In this document: one piece after another, positions 42,376-52,976 of the stretch
Layout: the number at the start of each line of letters is the position of its first letter
Numbering within the stretch: the stretch's first letter is position 1
Virus record (IMG/VR): IMGVR_UViG_3300049592_000018
Span: 1,149 to 65,148 of that record
Origin: a virus
DNA length: 64,000 bases
Direction: 5' to 3' (one strand)
Notes under the pieces: generated by a model
What the model was told of the DNA's origin: nothing
Database searches by the model: none
Seen by the model: the letters and a program-made list of their open reading frames with translations, nothing else
Position numbers and translations under genes: made by a program

Positions 42376-43266
42376 GTGGTAAGCATGCGAGCGTGGGCAT
42401 CACCACCGGTGTTCACTCCTCCCCCCTATCGACTGGTCGACGCCGTCGACGGTCCTCATCCACTGACGGGTTTAATGAAGAAGGGTGTGGTCTTCCAACC
42501 CGATGACTGCACCGTCCCCCTCGAGACCACCACGCAGTGCGTCACCGGTGTCGGCGCCACGAAGACGCCGACCGGATCGGCGAACTTCCGCGGCTCGGAT
42601 CCGTTCGCGCTGTATACGTGGATCGACTGCACCCTGGTCGGCACCGGCATGGAGGAGCTCCGGGAACGTACGCGTCGCGCGCATGAGAACAACGTGCAGA
42701 CGGTCGTCGAGGAGGTCTTCTGGACCGGCGGACAGTTTAGCACCTCACCTCACCTAGCTTACGAGGGCACCCCGATCACCGAGGTGTCGGGTGGCTCTAC
42801 CGTTAGTCTGCAGACGCAGGCCGATGCGCCGTGGAGCGGTACCTTCGACATCACCAAAGCGATATCACTGCTCGAGGGCGCCATGGCCGAGTGCTACGGC
42901 GGAACTCCCCTCATTCACGTACCGCGTGAGGTGACGGCGTTCCTGGCGCAGCAGCATCAGGTGACCGCTAAGGGTCCACGACTTGTGACGACCAACGGAT
43001 CCATCGTTGTGCCGGGTCTCGGTTACCCAGGCACCGCGCCCAATGGTGATGAACCCGACGAAAACACCGCGTGGATCTACGCAACGGGTAGTGTGAAAAT
43101 GTGGCAAAGTGGGATTCTATTTCTCGATCAACCACCACAGACGATCCTACGACGCGACACCAACGCGACCTACCTAATCGCCGAGCAGTGGTTCATGTTT
43201 GGTTGGGACTGCTGTCACTTCGCGATCCAGGTTGATCTTCCCAACACCACCACGATTACACCCTAG
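42376..43266 (+). CDS. Putative minor capsid or head decoration protein
   Basis: Immediately after the capsid gene; GGGAGG RBS; VVPGLGY and WIYATG motifs. Confidence 0.65.
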   Translation: MVSMRAWASPPVFTPPPYRLVDAVDGPHPLTGLMKKGVVFQPDDCTVPLETTTQCVTGVGATKTPTGSANFRGSDPFALYTWIDCTLVGTGMEELRERTRRAHENNVQTVVEEVFWTGGQFSTSPHLAYEGTPITEVSGGSTVSLQTQADAPWSGTFDITKAISLLEGAMAECYGGTPLIHVPREVTAFLAQQHQVTAKGPRLVTTNGSIVVPGLGYPGTAPNGDEPDENTAWIYATGSVKMWQSGILFLDQPPQTILRRDTNATYLIAEQWFMFGWDCCHFAIQVDLPNTTTITP

Positions 43267-43275
43267 GAGGAGCAC

Positions 43276-43959
43276 GTGGTTGCTGAGTGTGGCGCCGCGG
43301 CACAGGGAACCGTCCTGCGGCTGGTTAAGCTAGACAGCTGCGGTACGCCCGTCACCGGTGCCTCCAGTGCCGTCGTGGTCACCGAGGGCTTCATTAGCGT
43401 CAACACCGAGCCGCAATATGAGGACGGCGACCAGATCCGCACTAAGAAGGCCAACGGTCGTCTGTGCATCAACCGGCAGGGACCCAACCAGTACGTCAAC
43501 TCGAACGTGACGATTCAGCTCTGCGTGCTCGATCCCGACGCGTCGGTCATCATCTTTGGTTCGCGACTGCTGCTCGCATCCGCGGTCACCGGCACGGGTG
43601 CCGCATACGGCTACAACAACCCGGAGGCGCACTTCTCGATGGAGACGTGGCAGCCTCTAACGGGTCCCGGACAGTGCGATCCGGTCACCGGTGCGCAGCG
43701 GTACGTGTACTGGGCGTGGCCGCACATCTGGAACGCCAAGGTCGGCGCGTTTACGATTGAGAACGGTCCCCTGGAGCTCAGCTCCGAAGCTATGACCAAC
43801 TACCCGTCGGCGCTGTGGGGTAACGGTCCCGGTACCGGTACGTCGTGGCTTCCGGGAGCGATCGATACCACGGACTACATCGATGACTTCCTCTGGAACA
43901 TCACCACAACGCCACCCCCGACGCCACCTGATCAGTGTGGCGCTTTCCTACTGACGTAG
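43276..43959 (+). CDS. Major tail protein
   Basis: LRLVKLDSCG, EGFIS, KANGRLCI, FTIENG motifs; position; AGGAGG RBS. Confidence 0.8.
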   Translation: MVAECGAAAQGTVLRLVKLDSCGTPVTGASSAVVVTEGFISVNTEPQYEDGDQIRTKKANGRLCINRQGPNQYVNSNVTIQLCVLDPDASVIIFGSRLLLASAVTGTGAAYGYNNPEAHFSMETWQPLTGPGQCDPVTGAQRYVYWAWPHIWNAKVGAFTIENGPLELSSEAMTNYPSALWGNGPGTGTSWLPGAIDTTDYIDDFLWNITTTPPPTPPDQCGAFLLT

Positions 43960-44068
43960 GAGAGCTAGATGTCGCTCGCCGGCGGTCCAGCGGCAACGCC
44001 GCAGCCGCCGGCGTTCGTGTCTCTACGGGTGTTTCAGACGGCACAAACGTAACGCTAGGAGGTGTTCG

Positions 44069-44887
44069 ATGCCCGACCTGTACACTTGGGGGCCCTGCCG
44101 GGACTGGCCGGTGATCTGGCCCGGTGGACAGTGCGACGTTCGCCTCGAGACGGGTGCCGCCGAGGTAACGGGTGCCGCCGTCACGGCCGCTTCCGAGATC
44201 TTGTATCACCTAACGGCGCAGCGATTCAGTACATGTGAGGTTAAGCTTCGTCCGTGTCGACAGTCCTGCTGGGCCAACTTTCCGTGGCACAACTGGTGGA
44301 ACTACGGTACATATCCACGACCCTACTGGTGGGCCGGTACGTGGTACAACTTAGCGTGTGGTTCCTGTCCCGGTGACTCTTGCTCGTGCGTTGCGATCGA
44401 GGAAACGATCCTACCCGGACCGGTCCTCGACGTCGTTGAGGTTAAATTAAATGGTGTGGTCCTAACTCCCGATGTCGACTACCGAATCGACGACTATCGT
44501 AAGCTGGTGCGGCTCGGCGGCAACCTCTGGCCGTTCTGTCAGAACATGAACCTAGACGATACCGAGGAGAACACGTGGTCGGTTACCGCCACATACGGTG
44601 AACCGGTACCGGCGCTTGGGCAGCTGGCCATGGGGGAGCTCGCCACCGAGATCACAAAGTACATGCTGTGTCTCGACTGTCAGCTGCCGCAGGGCGTCGT
44701 GGACATTAGTAGGCAGGGCATCTCGATGACCGTCGCCAGCATCGCCGAGCTTTTTAATACAGGCTTCATCCAGCTACGTATGTGCGACCTGTTCATTAAG
44801 ACGGCGAACCCAAATCACCTACGCGCCCGATCCCAGGTCTACGACATGGACGGACCGGGTCCTCGCGCCTGGGGGACGACACCGTGA
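44069..44887 (+). CDS. Head-to-tail adaptor
   Basis: AASEILYHLT, LRPC, WPFCQ, CQLP, RQGIS motifs. Confidence 0.75.
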   Translation: MPDLYTWGPCRDWPVIWPGGQCDVRLETGAAEVTGAAVTAASEILYHLTAQRFSTCEVKLRPCRQSCWANFPWHNWWNYGTYPRPYWWAGTWYNLACGSCPGDSCSCVAIEETILPGPVLDVVEVKLNGVVLTPDVDYRIDDYRKLVRLGGNLWPFCQNMNLDDTEENTWSVTATYGEPVPALGQLAMGELATEITKYMLCLDCQLPQGVVDISRQGISMTVASIAELFNTGFIQLRMCDLFIKTANPNHLRARSQVYDMDGPGPRAWGTTP

Positions 44888-45414
44888 TCGAGGCCTTGAC
44901 CGCCGGAATCATCGTCACCGGCGTCGGAATGTGCATCGTCGAGGAACTCGAGAACACACCCGAGTCTGGCGGTGTACCACCTAAGATGCGCGTCTGCCTA
45001 CTGGTACCCGGCGCGATCGCCTGGGACGGCTGCGACTGCGGGCAGCTGGCGCAGACCATTCAGGGCATCTACCCGACGCAGGTCTTTCCGACCGACGCGT
45101 CCGAGGTACCGATCCGCGGCGGCTGCGGCCCCGGCGGTCAACTCATCGTTGAGGTACTGGTGTCGCTGACGCGCTGCGTTCCGGGTATGACCGCGGGGCA
45201 GCCACCTCGACCGCCGACGTGCGCACAGCTGCGGGCCGCGGCGCTGGAGCAGCAGGCCGACGCCTACGCCGTGCGTAAGGCCGTCAACTGCTGCCTCGCC
45301 GATCTTCAGCGCGACCGACGGATCGTAAAGTACGCGGTGGGGCGCACCAACTTCGTCGGTCCCGAGGGTAACTGCGGCGGGTCCGAGTTGATCTATAAGT
45401 TTGAACTGATGTAA
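44884..45414 (+). CDS. Tail terminator / neck protein
   Basis: AWDGCDCGQL and GPEGNCGG motifs; position. Confidence 0.65.
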   Translation: MIEALTAGIIVTGVGMCIVEELENTPESGGVPPKMRVCLLVPGAIAWDGCDCGQLAQTIQGIYPTQVFPTDASEVPIRGGCGPGGQLIVEVLVSLTRCVPGMTAGQPPRPPTCAQLRAAALEQQADAYAVRKAVNCCLADLQRDRRIVKYAVGRTNFVGPEGNCGGSELIYKFELM

Positions 45415-45424
45415 GGGGTGGGCT

Positions 45425-45895
45425 GTGCCGACCAAGGTCACTCACCAGTTCAATAAGTCCGTTCTTGAGAAGCTTCTTAAGAGTCCCGTTGGTGGAACCG
45501 CCAAGGATCTGATTAAACGTGCCGCGCGGGTTCAGTCGCGCGCTCGTCGTAACCTCGGAGGCGCGACGGGATCCGGACCGCGACGAGTCGACTCCGGTCT
45601 CCTACGCGCCAGCATCGCGTTTCAACTGCTTATTCAGCCACAGGGCTTGGTCGCTCGAGTTGGCACGGGTGTGCACTACGCGTTGTACGTGCACGACGGT
45701 ACCGGGCTCTACGGACCTAAGAAGACGGTCATTAGACCTAAGAACGCCAAGGCTCTCGTATTTAAATCGAAGGTATACGGCGCTAAGCGTGGAAAGTTCG
45801 CCGGCAAGGTCGTCGTTAAGTCCGTCAAGGGCATGAAACCTAATCCTTTTCTCGCCAACGCGCTGGACTCGGCCAGCTTTAAAAACCCTGCATAG
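45425..45895 (+). CDS. HK97 gp10-like neck protein
   Basis: VDSGLLRASI, YALYVHDGT, GMKPNPFL. Confidence 0.75.
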   Translation: MPTKVTHQFNKSVLEKLLKSPVGGTAKDLIKRAARVQSRARRNLGGATGSGPRRVDSGLLRASIAFQLLIQPQGLVARVGTGVHYALYVHDGTGLYGPKKTVIRPKNAKALVFKSKVYGAKRGKFAGKVVVKSVKGMKPNPFLANALDSASFKNPA

Positions 45896-45954
45896 GAGTT
45901 CATCGCGGCGTGCTACGGTCAGCTCAGGGGCCAACACAGAAGGGAAAACCTTAG

Positions 45955-46449
45955 TTGATACAGGCACATACACGTGACTTTTCAAAGAAGCGACTACCGA
46001 TCTTCTTTACGATTGATGAAGATCGATTTGACTGCTTTAAGTCACTTGATCTCGAGCAGCTGCGTCGGTTCGCCAACCTAAGTCGTGAACTTCGAGTCAC
46101 GGCGCACGAGGATGACGATGAGCAGGCCCAGGCCGAGCGGGCGATGGACCGTGCCGGTAACATCGGGTCGATCATGAAGATCGTACTGAAGCGAGAGAGC
46201 TACGCGCGATTCATCGCGCGGCTGCAGCCGGATGATGACACGCGGGAGCTCGATGACTTCGAGCCGATCGATCCGCACCAGCTGGTAGACATCATACGCT
46301 GGTTGATGGAGATCTACACGGGACGCCCTATCGAGCCGTCGTCGAGCTCATCAGCTGGATCCAGAATCGACGACGGTGGCACATCTTCAACGGCTGGTGT
46401 CTCGCTCGCGGGGTCCGACCAACTACCCTTCGATGTGAAGATTTCCTAG
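45955..46449 (+). CDS. Tail assembly chaperone (gpG-like)
   Basis: Upstream of the tape measure gene; ends YTGRPIEPSSSSS. Confidence 0.75.
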   Translation: MIQAHTRDFSKKRLPIFFTIDEDRFDCFKSLDLEQLRRFANLSRELRVTAHEDDDEQAQAERAMDRAGNIGSIMKIVLKRESYARFIARLQPDDDTRELDDFEPIDPHQLVDIIRWLMEIYTGRPIEPSSSSSAGSRIDDGGTSSTAGVSLAGSDQLPFDVKIS

Positions 46450-46700
46450 ACCTCGTAAACTACTACATCGTTGAGGAGGGAATCGTTGATCACCGTGTTG
46501 AGAAGCACCGTGCTGAACGTAACCGACTCAATGATCTTCTTATCGGAAACCTCACACATGACGGCTCGCGTAGTGTTACGCCCGCCGTGGCGCGGATCGA
46601 AAAGAAGATTGGTGTTACGGCGCCGAGCTGGTTTAACACGGATGGCGTCTCGGTCGATCAGGTTGCGGCGTTGGGTGCCGTGGGACGTGCGGGGAGGTAA
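46326..46700 (+). CDS. Tail assembly chaperone -1 frameshift extension (gpGT-like)
   Basis: Open -1 frame PYRAVVELISWIQ...WHIFNGWCLARGV...APSWF...GR*, entered at CGC CCT A (46324-46330), ending 3 nt before the tape measure start. Confidence 0.7.
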   Translation, partial: PYRAVVELISWIQNRRRWHIFNGWCLARGVRPTTLRCEDFLDLVNYYIVEEGIVDHRVEKHRAERNRLNDLLIGNLTHDGSRSVTPAVARIEKKIGVTAPSWFNTDGVSVDQVAALGAVGRAGR

Positions 46701-46703
46701 ACT

Positions 46704-48725
46704 GTGACGCAACCGATTGATGTTGCGTATGTCGACATCGTCGCGCGCACCAAGGAGTTCCGGCGTGAGATCCGTGACGTAATTGATGATGAGGTTAAGG
46801 AACTCACGGATGGGTTAAACGAGGCCCTCGATGAGATCGATAAGCACTTCGCGGACACGGCCAAGGTAGCCGATAAGGCCCTCGACGACATCGACAAGTC
46901 CGTTAAGGACACCAGCACCACGATCGACACGACCCTGCGTGAGTCGTTGATCGAGCTCGGTGACGAAAGTCACAACATGCGGCGGATCGTCGGATCAAAC
47001 TTCGATAAGATGTTTCTTCACGCCGCCGAGAACGGTCAGTTTGTCGAGCGTAACGTGACGCCGTTGTGGCGTCGTGCCATGACCGCGATCGCCGATACCA
47101 CGACGGAGGCGGTTAAGAACGTTAATAGCGGCTTCGGTACCATGCTGTCACTTTTAGCATCGGGTCCCGTGTTGATTACGGCGTTCATCGTGGCGCTTCC
47201 CGGCCTAATAGCGATCTTGATCACGCTCGGCGCGGCGCTTGCCGATCTTCTTGGGTTGCTCGGTTTGATTCCCGGCGCATTAGCCGTCATCCTCGCGATA
47301 ATCGCACCTCTTATCATCGCGTTTCAAAACTTTGGTGAGGCCTTAGGTGCGATCCTAGAGGGTGACGTTGATAAGATCAACGAAGCTCTTAAGAAGTTGT
47401 CGCCGTCGGCGCGAGCCGTCGCCAAGGAATTTGCTAAGATCCTTGATCCGTTCCGTAAGCTGCAGCTCATCGTCCAGGAGGCGTTGTTCGCGCCGTTGGT
47501 CGGCGATCTAGCCAAGCTCGTTAAAGTCATCATCGGACCGTTGACCACCGGACTGGCGGATGTCGCGGGATCAATCGGAAGGATCATCTCCGACTTCGCG
47601 GCCTGGGCAGGTAGTAAGCAGGCCATCGACACGATGAACGCGGTATTTAAGACCACCGCGGACATTCTCGACTTCATGGGACCGGCGATCCTGGAGGTCG
47701 TCAAGGCATTCGCCGATCTGGCACGTGAGGCGCTCCCAACGATTCAGCTTCTATCCGATAAGTTTGCTCTCTTTCTCGTTCAATTTGCCGAGTTCATCGC
47801 TGAAAAGATCAAGGACGGATCATTCCAGGAATTTCTTGATGATGCGCTCGCGACCGTGGACGCGATCTTCGCGCTCATCGGATCACTCACAAGTCTCTTC
47901 GGCGCGCTGTTCACCAAGGAGACCGCGGACGCCGGACGAGAGCTGCTCGACATTCTCGTCAAGGTGTTCGATGCGATGGCTAAGTTCCTCGCGACCCAGG
48001 AGGGACAGCAGTTCCTGTCCGACCTGGCGCAGCTCGCCATCATCGCAACCATGGCTCTCGGCGGTCTTCTACTGATCCTCAGCAACCTGCTTGTGTTTAT
48101 GACTACCGCGTTGGTTACGATCCTCGATTTCTTCGGCGTCATCGAACGTAAGACGCAGGAGGTAGGTACCGCGGCTCAGACGATGGCCGACACGATCACC
48201 AACGCCGTATCCGGGATACCCGCACGACTGTCGGCGCTGGCCGGGCACTTCTCCAACGCCGGACAAAATCTGATCAACTCGTTCATCAGCGGCTTCAGGC
48301 GCTCAGGTAACTTCATTGATGACGTCGCCGGTGACATCCTACGCGGCATTAAGGGTGGCCTCAACCGATTCATCGGAAGCATTAACTCGGGCATCGCCGC
48401 GCTGGACGCGCTGCTGCCGTTCTCATTATCGCGTATCCCCAACCTCGCCGAGGGCGGCATCGCGCGCGCCAATCCGGGCGGAACAATCGTTCGAGTCGCC
48501 GAGGGTGGTGAGGACGAGGTTATCTCTCCTCTTAGCAAACTCAAGGAGATCATCGCGGACGCCGCGGGACCCGGTGTGGTATTCGGTCCCGGCTCGATTA
48601 ACGTGAACTTCGACGGCGTCGTGCCGTCCACCGAGGAGGCGCGAACCGTCGGTCAGGCCGTCGGTGAGGGCATCATCTCTACACTCGCTCGACGTAACAT
48701 TCGGTCACAGCTAAGGGCGATCTAG
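46704..48725 (+). CDS. Tape measure protein
   Basis: DVAYVDI N-terminus, Ala/Leu/Ile helical repeats, IPNLAEGG...AEGGEDEVISPL C-terminus. Confidence 0.88.
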   Translation: MTQPIDVAYVDIVARTKEFRREIRDVIDDEVKELTDGLNEALDEIDKHFADTAKVADKALDDIDKSVKDTSTTIDTTLRESLIELGDESHNMRRIVGSNFDKMFLHAAENGQFVERNVTPLWRRAMTAIADTTTEAVKNVNSGFGTMLSLLASGPVLITAFIVALPGLIAILITLGAALADLLGLLGLIPGALAVILAIIAPLIIAFQNFGEALGAILEGDVDKINEALKKLSPSARAVAKEFAKILDPFRKLQLIVQEALFAPLVGDLAKLVKVIIGPLTTGLADVAGSIGRIISDFAAWAGSKQAIDTMNAVFKTTADILDFMGPAILEVVKAFADLAREALPTIQLLSDKFALFLVQFAEFIAEKIKDGSFQEFLDDALATVDAIFALIGSLTSLFGALFTKETADAGRELLDILVKVFDAMAKFLATQEGQQFLSDLAQLAIIATMALGGLLLILSNLLVFMTTALVTILDFFGVIERKTQEVGTAAQTMADTITNAVSGIPARLSALAGHFSNAGQNLINSFISGFRRSGNFIDDVAGDILRGIKGGLNRFIGSINSGIAALDALLPFSLSRIPNLAEGGIARANPGGTIVRVAEGGEDEVISPLSKLKEIIADAAGPGVVFGPGSINVNFDGVVPSTEEARTVGQAVGEGIISTLARRNIRSQLRAI

Positions 48726-48726
48726 C

Positions 48727-51700
48727 ATGGGAAACTACAACCCTCACGCGCCGTACATTCTCGGAAACGAGTGGGTACCGATACGTGACGCGTCCTACGT
48801 ACCGGATCAGATCTCTGAACGTGGCTACACATTTCGGATTGATCACAGCGCCGCCGCCGTCTCCGGCGCAGTCTACGTTAAGGAACCAACACCGAAGATC
48901 AGTACGAACATCGCCGAAATGATTCACATTTATCCAGCGGGAATGGAAGATAAGAGTGGACCAATTCGTCGTGTTGTGATTCCGGTTGACGTACTTAACG
49001 TCACGGGTTTCGACGGCTCCGCGAGTGGTGATGCCAACTCGGTCGTCGATCCAAGCGATGGTGATTACGCCCAGATGACGGCGGGTTCACCTACGATATC
49101 GCTAAACTTTCCCATTCAGAACTATGCACAGCAGCTGTACGGAAAGCGAATTCTCGGCGTTCGACTTGTTTACACGGCGGCCGCGGACTTCGAGGAAGAC
49201 CTCGGTAAGATTGCCTTTGGCATCGCTATGGCGAGTAATCTTCTTTCACAAAAGATCGATTATCAGTCATTTGTCGAGGGTCCGAGCATGGGAAACACAA
49301 CCAGTACCGCTCTAATCCTGGTTACTGATCTTAAGTACATTGACTTTAGTGACATCAACATTCTTCTTACCAATCCCATTCCCGCGAACTCGTTCTATGA
49401 CCCGTCGATGCTCGCGCTCCCCTGGCGCTATCAGGAGCTGCTGCTTTTTTCAATGGTAACGGCCGCTAATCTACGCCGCATCATCTACATCGATGCGAGT
49501 GACCTCACCGGTACGGTGTTCTTCGGTTACATAGCTCTTGAGATTTTTTACTGCGAGGAAACTCGTATTCGTTACGGTGGTCGAGTCTCGAACGGTAGTA
49601 CATTCACCGGTGCTTTTGGTCCGATGAGCGCCTACCCGCAGGGACCTAATTTTTCTCACCTACGTGACGTTAACTTCGCGGTACCGAGCGCGCTGCCGGC
49701 CGGTGAGTACGTAATCACAACAACGCACCGCGAGGTTAAGCCGACGTTCATCGCACGTGCCGCACCTAAGCTCAACGCACTACGTCAGCTTTATGAACTG
49801 CCATCACACCGAGGACGTAACGTTGCTACACCTGTGATTGAGGACGGTCAGTTTAGCGTCACAGATACCGACGTCCTACCACAGATCACGTTACACACCG
49901 CCTCCGCGATCGTCACCGGTGTGCATCCGTACGGTACCCAAATCAGTGCGCCCGTGTACAGCTCCATTACCGCAATCCAGGAGATTGAGGATGATCCGGT
50001 AACGCCGGCACGCACCTACCAACAGGTAAGATTTTACGCTCGTCGGTACGGCAGCACCACCGTACCGCTAACCCTCACCGATGTGGCCACCGGACTTTCC
50101 ACGGCGGCGATCCCGGTCGCCGACTTCGACGCCCTCCCCGAGATCGTCGACGGTTGGCGCGAGGTCACGCTACGATTCGCTGTACCGCCTACGTTCTCCA
50201 CCGCCGCCGGTGACGTTGACTGGCGGTGGACCGCCGCGGGTGAGATCGCGGGCAACCAGTGGCAGATCCTCGGCGCTGACGGACCGTCGCCGACCGGTGC
50301 ACAGACCATCGGACCGGCGACGTATTACGCACCACAGGGAACATCGGTGGCGCTTACCTGGAAGTCACCGAGCATCTCCGGTACCGCGGAGGACTCGATC
50401 TCCGACGCAACACTTATCTTCTCTCAGGATCCGCCGGCGATCAGCGGCTTCGCGCTGACCGTTGAGTCCCAAGAGATCACCGGTGTCAGCCTCAACTGCG
50501 GTACACCGCCGGGCTGCATACCCACCGGGATCTCGTACATTAGCGCGTCGTGGACCGGGTTCGGCCTCTGCGATTCATTCGAACGCACCCTGGTTAACGA
50601 CTGGGGCACCACGGACACGGGACAACCGTGGGCCGTGGCGGGTGGCACGGTACCCGACGACTATGACGTCAACTCCGGTCTCGGGAAGCAAACCCTGGGC
50701 AGTACCAACGTGTTCCGTGAGGGTCAGTCGTCGCTACCAACCAGTCTCAACCTGACTGGCTGGAACGCCGTGGTCGGCATCGTGCCGCAGCAGGTATCCA
50801 CCGGGGCAACGATCATCGCACGACTACGCGTCGCGCTGAACGGCAACAACTCCTACGAGACGCAACTTAACTTTAAGACCGACGGACTGGTGTCCCTCGA
50901 AATGCTGCGAACCGTAGGCGGTAGCAACACCACAATCGTTAGCGCCGTCGACATCGGGGCCTACGCGGCCGGAGATCGCATCAACGTGCGCTTTCAGTGG
51001 GCGTCCAACGGACTCCTACAGGCGCGGGCCTGGAACTCCAACGTCACTGAACCGGGCGGCTGGACGTTACGAGTTACCGACACCAGTCACACATCGTTCG
51101 CACAGATCAGACTCAACTCACGCGCCAACACCAGCAACACCAACGTTAACCCGGTGATCGGATTCACCGACCTACAGATCGGACCACTGTCGCTGTATGA
51201 GGGAGCGATCGAACTTCAACGTCGTGATCCGTTAACGGACTGGCAAACCATCATGCGATCCACCGACGTCACCTGCATCGCTGGGTTCAATGACTATGAG
51301 GCACGTGTCGGTCAACTGAGCGAGTATCGTATTCGCACGGTTAATGTACTCGACTTCGAGGCACCGTGGGTCACAGGCGCGTCCGCAACGATCCCGTCAC
51401 CAGGAGTCGACATCGGTGGAGACGCCAGCTCGATCCTGATCTTTACGTCGAATGAGAACCCGCTGTCGAACCTGGCATACACCATGCTCTGGGAGGGTCA
51501 ACCGGTCGAGACGTTTACGTTCCCCGAGGCCGACACCGTCATACTCCAGCGTATGTTTGGTCGGGACTACTTCACGGCGTTCCATCCACTGGAGCGCGGT
51601 GGTGAGCAATTCACGCGGACCCTACTGGTCAACGCCGCCGCAATTCCACTTCCCTCACTCGCTAACTTTAGACGCATACGTGACCTAGCGTGGACTGATC

Positions 51701-51858
51701 TTAACTACGTCTGTGTTCGCGATGAGCTGGGAAACCGCTGGTTCGCCAACATCATCGTGCCCGACGGTAGTGTGCGCCTCGATCGAACCGTGTACATGGC
51801 GCAGATTCGAGTATCCGAGGTCACCGATACGCCGACGCCGGTCGATCCGGGAGAGTAG
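48727..51858 (+). CDS. Large minor tail protein
   Basis: 1043 aa, beta/Thr-rich, DSFERT..DWG motif; directly after the tape measure gene. Confidence 0.75.
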   Translation: MGNYNPHAPYILGNEWVPIRDASYVPDQISERGYTFRIDHSAAAVSGAVYVKEPTPKISTNIAEMIHIYPAGMEDKSGPIRRVVIPVDVLNVTGFDGSASGDANSVVDPSDGDYAQMTAGSPTISLNFPIQNYAQQLYGKRILGVRLVYTAAADFEEDLGKIAFGIAMASNLLSQKIDYQSFVEGPSMGNTTSTALILVTDLKYIDFSDINILLTNPIPANSFYDPSMLALPWRYQELLLFSMVTAANLRRIIYIDASDLTGTVFFGYIALEIFYCEETRIRYGGRVSNGSTFTGAFGPMSAYPQGPNFSHLRDVNFAVPSALPAGEYVITTTHREVKPTFIARAAPKLNALRQLYELPSHRGRNVATPVIEDGQFSVTDTDVLPQITLHTASAIVTGVHPYGTQISAPVYSSITAIQEIEDDPVTPARTYQQVRFYARRYGSTTVPLTLTDVATGLSTAAIPVADFDALPEIVDGWREVTLRFAVPPTFSTAAGDVDWRWTAAGEIAGNQWQILGADGPSPTGAQTIGPATYYAPQGTSVALTWKSPSISGTAEDSISDATLIFSQDPPAISGFALTVESQEITGVSLNCGTPPGCIPTGISYISASWTGFGLCDSFERTLVNDWGTTDTGQPWAVAGGTVPDDYDVNSGLGKQTLGSTNVFREGQSSLPTSLNLTGWNAVVGIVPQQVSTGATIIARLRVALNGNNSYETQLNFKTDGLVSLEMLRTVGGSNTTIVSAVDIGAYAAGDRINVRFQWASNGLLQARAWNSNVTEPGGWTLRVTDTSHTSFAQIRLNSRANTSNTNVNPVIGFTDLQIGPLSLYEGAIELQRRDPLTDWQTIMRSTDVTCIAGFNDYEARVGQLSEYRIRTVNVLDFEAPWVTGASATIPSPGVDIGGDASSILIFTSNENPLSNLAYTMLWEGQPVETFTFPEADTVILQRMFGRDYFTAFHPLERGGEQFTRTLLVNAAAIPLPSLANFRRIRDLAWTDLNYVCVRDELGNRWFANIIVPDGSVRLDRTVYMAQIRVSEVTDTPTPVDPGE

Positions 51859-51860
51859 CA

Positions 51861-52976
51861 ATGAGCCGCTGGGCACGAACGCTAACGACGCAGGAACCTA
51901 ATCCAGACCTGGATCTGCTACCGTACGTGGGGCAGCGTGTCGCCACCTTTCGGTTTGACCTGGTCGATAGCATTACCGGTTACCGGACGACCGTACACCC
52001 ACTTAGTGATCAGGCACCAATCATCAGTCACGACACCGCACGTACGATCACAAGACAGCTTAGTGGACTGGTCTTCACAGTTCCCGAGTCATCACTCATT
52101 AATGTCATCACCAGTCGCATCGAGCCGTTTATGCTCATTGCTGGCAGTGAGTATCCCCTTGGCCGCTTCATGTACAACAATGAGGCACGCATTCGGACCA
52201 CCGCGGGAAGCATCTCAAGCGGCACTCTGTATGATGAAATGTTCATTATCGACCAGCGTATTCCCGACAGTTTTAGTGACCAGGCTAGTATCGGCACACT
52301 CACATTCTTCGGTGGTGATACGTCCCCGCGGGTTCAGCAGACGTTAGCTAAGCTACTTGAGTCACTACCCGTTACGTTTACGGTTGAGCCGTCACCCTAC
52401 TACACCAAAGGTGCGTGGCCGGCGGGAACGTCACGCGGTTACATTGTCGAGCAGCTTGCCATCGACGGCGACTACTTCTCTCCGTGGTTCGACAACACGA
52501 ACGTGTTACGTTTTATCCGCTCATTTGATCCCTCGACCGCCGTCGTAACGTTTGATCTCGATGAGAGTGGTCGTGTTATGCGTGAGCGAATCATCGAGAC
52601 GGATGACCTAATCGAGGCGCCCAACACCTTCGTCATCATTTCAAATGATGCCGCCGCACAGACATCCGAGATCGTTGGACGCTATGATGTACCGTCGAGT
52701 GCACCTCACTCAGTTCAGAACCGAGGCTTTGTCATTCCCTACGTTGAAAACAGGCAGATCGTCTCGGTCGAGCAGGCCAAGGCGGTCGCCACTAACCTAG
52801 GTCAACGACAAACGATCTTCGAACGCATCGAACTCTACACCGCCCCAGATCCACGTCACGATTCCTACGACGTACTACGCTGGCAGGGTGAGAACTGGCT
52901 GGAACTGGCCTGGTCACTACCGTGTGTTGAGGGTGCCGCGATGCAGCACATCGCACGAAAGGCCTACACATCGTGA
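51861..52976 (+). CDS. Minor tail protein
   Basis: YPLGRF, SPWFD, PDPRHDSYDV; tail module position. Confidence 0.7.
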   Translation: MSRWARTLTTQEPNPDLDLLPYVGQRVATFRFDLVDSITGYRTTVHPLSDQAPIISHDTARTITRQLSGLVFTVPESSLINVITSRIEPFMLIAGSEYPLGRFMYNNEARIRTTAGSISSGTLYDEMFIIDQRIPDSFSDQASIGTLTFFGGDTSPRVQQTLAKLLESLPVTFTVEPSPYYTKGAWPAGTSRGYIVEQLAIDGDYFSPWFDNTNVLRFIRSFDPSTAVVTFDLDESGRVMRERIIETDDLIEAPNTFVIISNDAAAQTSEIVGRYDVPSSAPHSVQNRGFVIPYVENRQIVSVEQAKAVATNLGQRQTIFERIELYTAPDPRHDSYDVLRWQGENWLELAWSLPCVEGAAMQHIARKAYTS

